From: Rhodospirillales bacterium
GTDB taxonomy: Bacteria > Pseudomonadota > Alphaproteobacteria > Rhodospirillales > UBA2165
NCBI GenBank assembly: GCA_030745835.1
Contig: JASLNU010000043.1
Span: forward strand, 920 to 64,919
DNA: 64,000 nucleotides
Reading direction: 5' to 3'
Numbering within the stretch: position 1 is the stretch's first letter; each line of letters starts with the position of its first letter. Below the pieces are notes generated by a model. That model saw only the letters and a program-made list of their open reading frames with translations, did no database searches and was not told the origin of the DNA. This document shows positions 18,657 through 26,140 of the stretch, piece by piece. Made by a program: the position numbers and the translations under genes.

Positions 18657-19062
18657 CAGCCGCTCCCTCCGCCGCCGGTCGGAACAGGATAAGCCGGGTG
18701 CCGTCGAGATCGCCGATGAAGGCCTCGACCGCCATGCCGATGCTGACCTCGGTCGGTTCCACATCGACGACCCGGCTCATCAGGCGGCCGCCTTCTTCCA
18801 AATCGATCAGCGCGATGTTCTTGTCGCCGCCGGCTTCCGGGCGGCCGCGCTCGACGCTGGTCGAATAGACGGTGCCGCGCCCCGAGGCTGCGCGCCACGA
18901 ATGGTTGGCCGAGCCGCAGTGATTGCAGAGGGCGCGCGGGTAATAGATGTTGTTGCCGCAATCGTCGCAGAACTGAAGCCGGTATTCCCCGGCTTCCAGG
19001 CCTTCGCGGAAATGCCGCTCCGGCCCTTCCCCGGCGAACGGGCTGCTATCGGTGTCGGTCAC
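18646..19062 (-). CDS. Zn-ribbon/OB-fold protein (DUF35 family), partner of the thiolase-like protein
   Basis: CDDCGNNIYYPRALCNHCGS zinc ribbon followed by an OB-fold-like C-terminus. Start placed at GTG 19062, preceded by AAGGGGAGGA (ORF track start 19170). Confidence 0.75.
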   Translation of the reverse strand: MTDTDSSPFAGEGPERHFREGLEAGEYRLQFCDDCGNNIYYPRALCNHCGSANHSWRAASGRGTVYSTSVERGRPEAGGDKNIALIDLEEGGRLMSRVVDVEPTEVSIGMAVEAFIGDLDGTRLILFRPAAEGAADGT

Positions 19063-19170
19063 GGCGTCCTCCCCTTGGTTTTGCTGTGCGTTCCCAAACA
19101 CTAAAGCCCGCCGCCCCATATATCCATGCTCAATTGGCGCCTTCCTGGGTCGGGCGATTGGTCCAGGCAA

Positions 19171-19226
19171 GCCACTAAAAGTAAACTGTCACCGTTTTAA
19201 ATCGGTGACAGTTTACTTTTAGTGGC
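19171..19226. promoter_or_regulatory. 56-bp near-perfect palindrome (24-bp perfect arms) in a divergent promoter region
   Basis: GCCACTAAAAGTAAACTGTCACCG-TTTTAAAT-CGGTGACAGTTTACTTTTAGTGGC. Arms verified as exact reverse complements. The centre TTTAAA is also palindromic, leaving a single central T/T mismatch. Confidence 0.6.
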
Positions 19227-19292
19227 CCCATTTGACTTGTATGGACCCAAAATGTACGAGACCATGCCTGAACAATAAGGAGGCCGGCACCG

Positions 19293-19958
19293 ATGATCGA
19301 CAAGCGTTGCGCAAGCATCGAAGAGGCCATTGCCGGCATCGCCGACGGCGCCGTTCTTTTGGTCGGCGGCTTCGGCAATTCGGGCGAGCCGATCCAACTC
19401 TTAAACGCCCTTGCCGAACGGGCTCCCCAGGATCTGACCGTGGTCAGCAACAATGCCGGGTCCGGCGATGAAGGCATCGGCAAGCTTTTGGCCGGCGGCT
19501 GCGTCAGGAAATTCATCTGTTCCTTTCCGCGCGTCACCGGGGCGGTCGCCTTCGACGAGCTTTACGCGCGCGGCGAGATCGAATTGGAAATCACGCCGCA
19601 GGGCACGCTCGCCGAACGGATCCGCGCCGCCGGCGCCGGCATTCCCGGCTTCTATACCCGCACCTCGGTGGCGACACCCTTGGCCGAGGGCAAGGAAATC
19701 AGGGATTTTGGCGGCAAGGACTATGTCCTGGAAGAGGCCATTTTCGGCGACGTGGCGCTGGTCAAGGCGGCCAGGGGCGATCGCTGGGGCAACCTCACCT
19801 ATACGATGTCGTCCAGGAACTTCAATCCGGTGATGGCGATGGGCGCCGAAACCACCATCGCCCAGGTTTCGGAGCTTGTCGAATTGGGCGATATCGAGCC
19901 GGAACAGGTGGTAACCCCCAGTATATTCGTCGACCGGCTGGTCGAGGTGGAGGCGTGA
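19293..19958 (+). CDS. 3-oxoacid CoA-transferase subunit A
   Basis: GGFGNSGEP motif, 221 aa, followed 3 nt later by subunit B. Confidence 0.85.
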   Translation: MIDKRCASIEEAIAGIADGAVLLVGGFGNSGEPIQLLNALAERAPQDLTVVSNNAGSGDEGIGKLLAGGCVRKFICSFPRVTGAVAFDELYARGEIELEITPQGTLAERIRAAGAGIPGFYTRTSVATPLAEGKEIRDFGGKDYVLEEAIFGDVALVKAARGDRWGNLTYTMSSRNFNPVMAMGAETTIAQVSELVELGDIEPEQVVTPSIFVDRLVEVEA

Positions 19959-19961
19959 TCG

Positions 19962-20660
19962 ATGGTTGAAGCATTGAACCGCAATCAGATGGCCTGGCGC
20001 GTCGCCGACGACATCGAGGAAGGCGCCTTCGTCAATCTCGGCGTCGGCATGCCGCTCAGCATCTTGAATTACGTGCCCGAGGGCCGCGAGATCATTTTCC
20101 ATTCGGAAAACGGCATCCTCGGCATGAAACCGCTGGAAGCCGGCACCGATCCCAATCCCGACCTGGTCAACGCCGGCAAGCAGCCGGTCTCGATGCTGCC
20201 CGGCGGCGCCTTTTTCCATCATTCGGACAGCTTCGCCATGATCCGCGGCGGCCATATCGATATCTGCGTGCTCGGCGCCTACGAGGTCGGCGAGAACGGC
20301 GATCTCGCCAACTGGCGGCTGCCCAACGTCAAGACCCCGCCGGCGGTCGGCGGCGCCATGGACCTGGCCTACGGCGCGCGCCGGGTGTTTGTCATCTGCG
20401 AACATAACGGCAAGGACGGCGCCCCCAAGATCGTCAAGCAGTGCACCCTGCCGCTGACCGGCGCCGAGTGCGTCACCCGCATCTTCACCGATATCGCCAT
20501 CATCGACCGCACCGATGACGGCATGGTGGTGCGCGAAATGGTCGCGGGGCTGGAATTCGACGATTTGCAGGAGCGCACCGGGGCCAAGCTGCGCCTCGCC
20601 AACGATTGGCAAACCCTGACCGCACCGGCCATCGCGCCGCCGGAAAAAAGCGCCCGCTAA
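19962..20660 (+). CDS. 3-oxoacid CoA-transferase subunit B
   Basis: FHSENGILGM (the SENG catalytic Glu motif); 232 aa. Confidence 0.85.
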   Translation: MVEALNRNQMAWRVADDIEEGAFVNLGVGMPLSILNYVPEGREIIFHSENGILGMKPLEAGTDPNPDLVNAGKQPVSMLPGGAFFHHSDSFAMIRGGHIDICVLGAYEVGENGDLANWRLPNVKTPPAVGGAMDLAYGARRVFVICEHNGKDGAPKIVKQCTLPLTGAECVTRIFTDIAIIDRTDDGMVVREMVAGLEFDDLQERTGAKLRLANDWQTLTAPAIAPPEKSAR

Positions 20661-20681
20661 CCGGCGCAATCGCGAAACCGC

Positions 20682-21695
20682 ATGGCCGAAATCATTCTTG
20701 GGTTAGGCACCACCCACGGGCCCCTGCTGGCGACGCCGCCGGAAGCCTGGGACGGCCGCGCCGAGGTCGACCGCAAGAACCCGGCGCTCGCCTACCGCGA
20801 CCGCACCTGTAATTTCGAAGAACTGTATGCGGCGCGCAAAGACCCTTATTTCGAGGCCCAGAACCGCATCGAGGCGCGCACCGAATACTTTGGCCGTTGC
20901 CAGGCGGCCCTCGACCAGCTCGGCGATATTGTGGAACAAACCAAGCCAGACGTGATGGTCATCGCCGGCGATGATCAGCACGAATGGTTCATCGATGAAA
21001 TCCAGCCCGCCTTCGCCATCTACCACGCTGCAACGGTGACCAATTACGCCCTCGACGAGGAAACCAAGGACTGGCACCGGGCCCATGGCCGCGGCCATTC
21101 GATGATGATGAACCATCCCGAAAGCGATCAGAGCTACCCAGTGGCGGACGATCTTGCCCGGCATATGATCGAGCGCAGCATCGACGATGATTTCGACACC
21201 GCGTCCTCGGGCGCCCAGCCGGTCGGCGACCAGGGGGTGCGCAATCTCGGCCATGCCTACGGCTTCATCGTCCGCCGTATCCTGCGCGATGCGCCGATGC
21301 CGATCGTGCCGGTGCTGATCAACACCTATTTCCCGCCCAACCAGCCGGCCGCCAAGCGCTGTTACGATTACGGCCGGTCGCTGGGCCGGGCGATCAAATC
21401 CTGGGACAAGAAGGCCCGCGTCGCGGTCTGCGCCTCGGGCGGCATGAGCCATTTCGTCATCGACGAGGAACTCGACCGCCGCCTGCTCGGGGCGCTCGAA
21501 AACCGCGACGTGAAGGCGCTCACCACCGAGCCCGAATTTTCCTTCCGGTCCGGCAATTCGGAGATCAAGAACTGGATCATCGTCGCCGGTATCTGCGCCG
21601 AAACCGAGATGCGGATGGAGCTGCTCGATTATGTGCCCTGCTACCGCTCCGAGGCCGGCACCGGCAGCGGCATGGCCTTCGCCACCTGGTCGTGA
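20682..21695 (+). CDS. Class III extradiol ring-cleavage dioxygenase (LigB family)
   Basis: LGLGTTHGP N-terminus, IAGDDQHEWF, ASGGMSHF; 337 aa single-chain LigB-type architecture. Confidence 0.7.
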   Translation: MAEIILGLGTTHGPLLATPPEAWDGRAEVDRKNPALAYRDRTCNFEELYAARKDPYFEAQNRIEARTEYFGRCQAALDQLGDIVEQTKPDVMVIAGDDQHEWFIDEIQPAFAIYHAATVTNYALDEETKDWHRAHGRGHSMMMNHPESDQSYPVADDLARHMIERSIDDDFDTASSGAQPVGDQGVRNLGHAYGFIVRRILRDAPMPIVPVLINTYFPPNQPAAKRCYDYGRSLGRAIKSWDKKARVAVCASGGMSHFVIDEELDRRLLGALENRDVKALTTEPEFSFRSGNSEIKNWIIVAGICAETEMRMELLDYVPCYRSEAGTGSGMAFATWS

Positions 21696-21806
21696 CGCCC
21701 CGGCGCCTCGATTGACCGAAGTCAAGGCCGCGGAAAACGCCGCGTGTAACGATCCCGCCAATCGAGGCTCGAAACGCGCGGGCCAGACAACAAGGGGGGA
21801 TCAATC

Positions 21807-22841
21807 ATGAAATTCGGACTTTGGGATCATGTCGACCAGTCGCATTTGCCGCTGGCCGAGCTGTTCGACAAGCGCCTTGAGTATGTGGCGGCGGCCGATG
21901 ATGCCGGTTTCTATTGCTATCATGTCGCCGAGCACCATGTGACGCCTTTGAACATGGTACCGGCGCCGAGCGTATATCTGGGTGCCGTGGCGCGGGTGAC
22001 CAAACAAATCCGCATGGGCCCTCTGGTCTATCTGGTGCCGCTCTATACGCCGCTGCGGCTGATCGAGGAAATCTGCATGCTCGACCATCTCAGCCACGGC
22101 CGCTTCGATATCGGCATCGGCCGCGGTATCTCTCCCTACGAGCTCGAACATTTCCCGGTGAATTTTGAAACCGGGCGGGAAGTGATGGTCGAGGCGCTGG
22201 AAGCCATCATCAGCGGCCTCAGCAACGACAAGCTCAACCATTCGGGCGAGTACTACTCCTATAACGATACACCGATGGAGCTCAGGCCCTTGCAGCAACC
22301 GCACCCGCCGGTCTGGTACGGCTCGACCAGCGATCTCGGCTCCGAATGGGCCGGCGAAACCGGGCTCAATTTCGTCACCCTGGGATCGATGGAGAAGGCA
22401 AAACGATGCGTCGACGTTTACCAGGAAGCCTACGCCAAACGCGGCGCGCCGCTTACCGCCAGCGATGATTTCCCGGGCGGCACCGCGATCGGCGCCGTCC
22501 GCCACCTGGTGATCACCGACAGCGTCGACGAGGCGGTGGCGATCGGCAAGCCGGCCTACGACCATTGGTATGCCAGCCTGACCAAGCTGCAGCGCAACAA
22601 TGTCGCTGGACCGGTGATCGCCAAAAGCATGTATGAGGATGTCGGCGAGGCGGTCGAAAACGGCCTGGTGCTGGTCGGCCCGCCCGATGCCATCGCCGAA
22701 AACCTGGAAAACCAGATCAAGGAGCTTGGCATCAATTACCTCACCCTCGGCTTCTATTTCGGCACCCTGCCGCACGAGCAGGCGATGCGTTCGCTCACTC
22801 TTTTTGCCGACGAGGTGATGCCGAAGCTCAGCCACCTCTGA
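21807..22841 (+). CDS. Luciferase-like (LLM class) flavin-dependent monooxygenase
   Basis: MKFGLW start, YHVAEHH, LDHLSHGRFDIGIGRG; 344 aa. Confidence 0.8.
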   Translation: MKFGLWDHVDQSHLPLAELFDKRLEYVAAADDAGFYCYHVAEHHVTPLNMVPAPSVYLGAVARVTKQIRMGPLVYLVPLYTPLRLIEEICMLDHLSHGRFDIGIGRGISPYELEHFPVNFETGREVMVEALEAIISGLSNDKLNHSGEYYSYNDTPMELRPLQQPHPPVWYGSTSDLGSEWAGETGLNFVTLGSMEKAKRCVDVYQEAYAKRGAPLTASDDFPGGTAIGAVRHLVITDSVDEAVAIGKPAYDHWYASLTKLQRNNVAGPVIAKSMYEDVGEAVENGLVLVGPPDAIAENLENQIKELGINYLTLGFYFGTLPHEQAMRSLTLFADEVMPKLSHL

Positions 22842-22880
22842 CCGGCTGGCGAACGTTTTTTAGGCTTGAAGCCGCGGTTT

Positions 22881-23459
22881 CTAAAGGCTGTCCAGGAAGG
22901 CGAAGGCGCCGGCTATGATTTCCGGCGCCGGCTTTGTTTCTTCGAGCCGCGCCTTGATCAGCGTCAGGTTCAACGGCTGCATCTGCCCGCAGGCTTGGAT
23001 GAATTTCTTGTCCTTCGGATCGAGGCGATGCAATTTCGACACGATCAGGTCTTCTAGGCATGGCGCAACAACATGGATGAATTTTGCACCGTCTTTTAAT
23101 GTTTTCCTGATCGCGCGTGCCTTCCAACCCGGTGGAAATTTTGCCGTATTTTCATCGACGCCGTCGATGTAAAATCCAAATGTCTCGTGGAAATCGGAAC
23201 CGGCCCCAAACCAAGCGTTGATTTCTTCCGACGCCAGGTTATCCGGATTGCGGGCCTCCCATTCTTCGAAGTTCCCCGGATAGGCGTCTATTTCATCCGT
23301 GGTCCGTAAATTAGCTGGGGCGGCCGGTTGGTCGAGCAATATGGCTTGGCTGCCAATGATAAATACGGTGTCCGTCTTGAAATGGCTGCCGATGGAACGA
23401 ACGGCGCGAATGAGGTCTTCTTCGGTCCGCTCGCTGAATTCGCCGCTAGGATACGGCAC
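22881..23459 (-). CDS. Minimal nucleotidyltransferase-fold protein (MNT-like), putative toxin-antitoxin component
   Basis: IIGSQAILLDQPAAPANLRTTDEIDAY fits the hG[GS]-x(9-13+)-DxD polymerase-beta-type NTase signature. 192 aa. Overlaps the upstream gene by 14 nt. AT-richer than its flanks. Confidence 0.55.
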   Translation of the reverse strand: MPYPSGEFSERTEEDLIRAVRSIGSHFKTDTVFIIGSQAILLDQPAAPANLRTTDEIDAYPGNFEEWEARNPDNLASEEINAWFGAGSDFHETFGFYIDGVDENTAKFPPGWKARAIRKTLKDGAKFIHVVAPCLEDLIVSKLHRLDPKDKKFIQACGQMQPLNLTLIKARLEETKPAPEIIAGAFAFLDSL

Positions 23460-23943
23460 GGAGTGCCAGTCCCTGGCGGGCCTTCCGCCATAACCGCTTG
23501 CGCAAATTTGGATCTCGAATACCGGTCACCAGGGCGAGAGGCGATTGGATGCGAAGCCGGTCCATCTCCGGCGAGCGTCTGGTGATGACGGTTCGCAACT
23601 CGGCTAGTTCCAGTGCCAGCAGCGCCCGCCATTCGTCCTCATATGCCTGGGGTTTGCCGGAGGTCCGCGCCTTGGATATCATCTCCCTGGCCTGATCGAT
23701 GATTTCCGGCTCGGAAGCAATGCGGCGCGCCAAAAGGCGGTGCATCATCAGTTTGGCGCGGTCATTGACCGCTTCCGCATTGACCGAGCGGAGCGCCTTG
23801 GCGCGGCGATGTTCACCCCGCAGCCGTTGCGCCAGGGCGAGAATATGATGGCGGCCATCGGGCGGCACCAGGACTTCGACCCGGGTCAGGCCAGCGGCCC
23901 CGCCTTCGGTTTTATAGCGTTGAATTCGCTCACGAATGCTCAT
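23446..23943 (-). CDS. Putative ribbon-helix-helix DNA-binding protein with a helical C-terminal domain (antitoxin/regulator candidate)
   Basis: N-terminal LTRVEVLVPPDGRHHILALAQRLRG has the RHH pattern (beta-strand then helix). GGAGGGAAA RBS before ATG 23943. Twin palindromic operators lie immediately upstream. Confidence 0.5.
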   Translation of the reverse strand: MSIRERIQRYKTEGGAAGLTRVEVLVPPDGRHHILALAQRLRGEHRRAKALRSVNAEAVNDRAKLMMHRLLARRIASEPEIIDQAREMISKARTSGKPQAYEDEWRALLALELAELRTVITRRSPEMDRLRIQSPLALVTGIRDPNLRKRLWRKARQGLALRAVS

Positions 23944-23950
23944 TTTCCCT

Positions 23951-23991
23951 CCGTATCCGGGATACGCATAATATACCGTATCCCGGATACG
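23951..23991. promoter_or_regulatory. Twin palindromic operator candidates CGTATCC-N-GGATACG (23952-23966 and 23977-23991) bracketing an AT-rich -10-like box
   Basis: Both 15-mers are perfect 7+1+7 palindromes with centres 25 bp apart. The spacer reads TATATTATG on the coding (minus) strand. The proximal site abuts the GGAGGGAAA RBS of the RHH gene. Confidence 0.6.
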
Positions 23992-24040
23992 GAATCAAGG
24001 GCATTTGGATGGCCGCCCAATCGGCTGTCGGATTCTTCGC

Positions 24041-24975
24041 CTAAATCCCCGCGACCACCGGGTTGGAGAGCTCGCCGATGCCGCCGATGGTGATTTTGAC
24101 CGTGTCGCCCGGGCTCAAGAAGGTGCCGTGCGGCCGCCCGACCCCCGACGGCGTGCCGGTGGCGATGACATCGCCGGGGCGCAGCGTCAGGCGGGCGCTC
24201 AAGTATTCGATCTGTTCCTCGATATTGAAAATCATCAGCCCGGCGTTGGCATCCTGCTTATGATCGTCGTTGACCCAAAGATCGATCTTGCATGCGTAAG
24301 GGTCCGGGATAGAGGAGACCGGCACGATCCAGGGACCCATCGGCGCCGAGGTCTCGAAGGATTTGTGCGCGAACCAGTCGGATTTGAAGCGCGGCCAGTC
24401 TTCGCGGGCGCCCACATCGCGGGCCGACAGGTCGTTGAAAATGGTGTAGCCGGCGACCACCGAGCGGGCATTCTCCTTGGTCATGTTGCGCCCGTAGCGG
24501 CCGATGACGACCCCCAGTTCGGCCTCCCAATCGACCTGCTTGGTGGTGTGCGGGATGCGGATTTCCTCGCCCGGCCCGATCACTAGTGGGCCGGCGATTT
24601 CACGAACATGTAGGGTTTGACCACCGATTTGTCGGTCGCCTTGTCCTCGGCGCCCATTTCAAGCTGATGGTCCTTGTAGTTGGAAGCGGCGTTGAAGATG
24701 GCGGCGGGGTAAAGGATCGGCGCGGTGAGCGTGACATCGGAGAGCGCCATGCTGTCGATGGTGCCGGCTTCCATCTTGGCGGCGATGGCCTCCAGGACCG
24801 GCAGCGCGGCGTCCCATTTTTCCAGGATGCTCAGGGTGCTCGCCGTGGAAAAAGCCGCCTTGCCATCCGTTTCCGCCGCGACGGCGCTTTCAAGATCGGC
24901 GACCGCGTCACCCACCGATAGCCCGGGCCGCGGGCCGCCCGCGTCATGGTAATTGAGAAGCCGGTAATCGGTCAT
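24041..24975 (-). pseudogene. Fumarylacetoacetate hydrolase (FAH) family gene interrupted by a frameshift
   Basis: The N-terminal part (24586..24975, MTDYRLL..PYMFVKSPAH) stops at TAG TGA. The catalytic domain continues in another frame as (L)VIGPGEEIRIP..WEAELGVVIG (24041..24583). The break lies inside one FAH domain, at an ACTAGT hexamer (24582-24587). Confidence 0.75.
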
Positions 24976-25138
24976 CGTGTCCCCCCTGGTTGAAAATTTA
25001 CGTGTGCTTGCTTGAACATATTTGACCATGCTTGGCCGGCGAAGCCAACAAGCGGAGAAACCGAGCCCTCGCCAAGGCGTCCGGGTCTCTATAGAAAAGA
25101 ACATCGAAACAGATAAACTGGCAAAAAAGGGGAGTGGT

Positions 25139-26005
25139 ATGAAAATCTGCCGTTTCGACGACAACCGGATCGGCGTCGTGCGGGGTGTCGGCGTGCACGA
25201 TGTCAGCGCCATCCTCGACAGGTTCGAGCCGCTCCGCTATCCCTTTCCGTTGGGCGACCGCTTGATCGAACGGCTCGATGAATTGCGCCCGGAGATGGAA
25301 AGCCTCGCCGACGCGGCCGCGCCCATCGATATCGCCGGCGTCAAGTTCCTAAGCCCGGTCGCCAATCCATCGAAGATCATCGGCGTCCCGGTCAACTACC
25401 AGGCGCACCGCGACGAAACCAAGACCGACCCCGATTTCGATGCCGCGCGCCAGCGCCTTTCGGGCGGCATCGAGGAACAGGGCCTGTTCCTGAAAGCCAA
25501 CTCGGCCCTCGTCGGCCCATCGGAAGGCGTCGCCGTCCGCTTCCCGGATCTGCGCACCGACCACGAAGCCGAGCTCGGCGTCATCATCGGGCGGCAAGGC
25601 TCCGACATCCCGACCGACGAAGCCTTCGAGCATGTCGCCGGCTATGCGCTGGCCATGGACATGGTGGTGCGCGGCGGCCAGGACCGCTCGATGCGCAAAT
25701 CCATCGACACCTACGCCGTCCTCGGCCCCTGGATGGTCACCAGGGACCAGGTGCCGGACCCGGAAAACCTGGATTTCGAGCTGCGCGTCAACGGCGAGGT
25801 GCGCCAGCAGGCCAACACCAGCCAGATGATCATGAAACTGGCCCACCAGATTTCCTGGAGCTCGACCTTCTATACCCTGCTCTCCGGCGACATCATCATG
25901 TCCGGCACCCCGGCCGGCGTCTCCAAGGTCGAGCCCGGCGATGTCATCGAGTTCGATTTCGAGGGGATCGGGTCGATGGTAGTGCCGGTGCGGGCGCACA
26001 CGTAG
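25139..26005 (+). CDS. Fumarylacetoacetate hydrolase (FAH) family protein
   Basis: ORF 25022..26005 trimmed to ATG 25139 (MKICRFDD), preceded by AAGGGGAG. DHEAELGVIIG and GDIIMSGTPAGV motifs. Confidence 0.85.
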   Translation: MKICRFDDNRIGVVRGVGVHDVSAILDRFEPLRYPFPLGDRLIERLDELRPEMESLADAAAPIDIAGVKFLSPVANPSKIIGVPVNYQAHRDETKTDPDFDAARQRLSGGIEEQGLFLKANSALVGPSEGVAVRFPDLRTDHEAELGVIIGRQGSDIPTDEAFEHVAGYALAMDMVVRGGQDRSMRKSIDTYAVLGPWMVTRDQVPDPENLDFELRVNGEVRQQANTSQMIMKLAHQISWSSTFYTLLSGDIIMSGTPAGVSKVEPGDVIEFDFEGIGSMVVPVRAHT

Positions 26006-26095
26006 CGGGCGGGGGTTGGCAGGGTCGACCCGCCCGCGCCCCAATGGGGTGCTCCGTTTCTTCAACGCCGATGGGGGGAGCAATTAATCGGGACG

Positions 26096-26128
26096 CCCGG
26101 CTGGCCAGCCCGGCCATCCCCAGCCGGG
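26096..26128. repeat. REP-like hairpin element, copy 1
   Basis: CCCGGCTGG-CCAGCCCGGCCATCC-CCAGCCGGG, in a convergent spacer. Confidence 0.65.
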
Positions 26129-26140
26129 CTCGAGTCTATT

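Noticed and set aside
21705-21768. 10-bp inverted repeat GCCTCGATTG / CAATCGAGGC with an inner GC hairpin, between the LigB-type and LLM genes.
   Set aside because: It could be an attenuator or an mRNA-stability element, but GC-rich spacers often contain such pairings. There is no T-tract, and I found no second copy.
23446-23943. HEPN assignment for the RHH-containing protein, based on the string RAKLMMH (R-x5-H).
   Set aside because: A lone Rx4-6H string arises often by chance in Arg-rich helices. It lies directly after the RHH segment rather than in the position expected in a HEPN four-helix bundle. The protein is kept as an unassigned helical domain.
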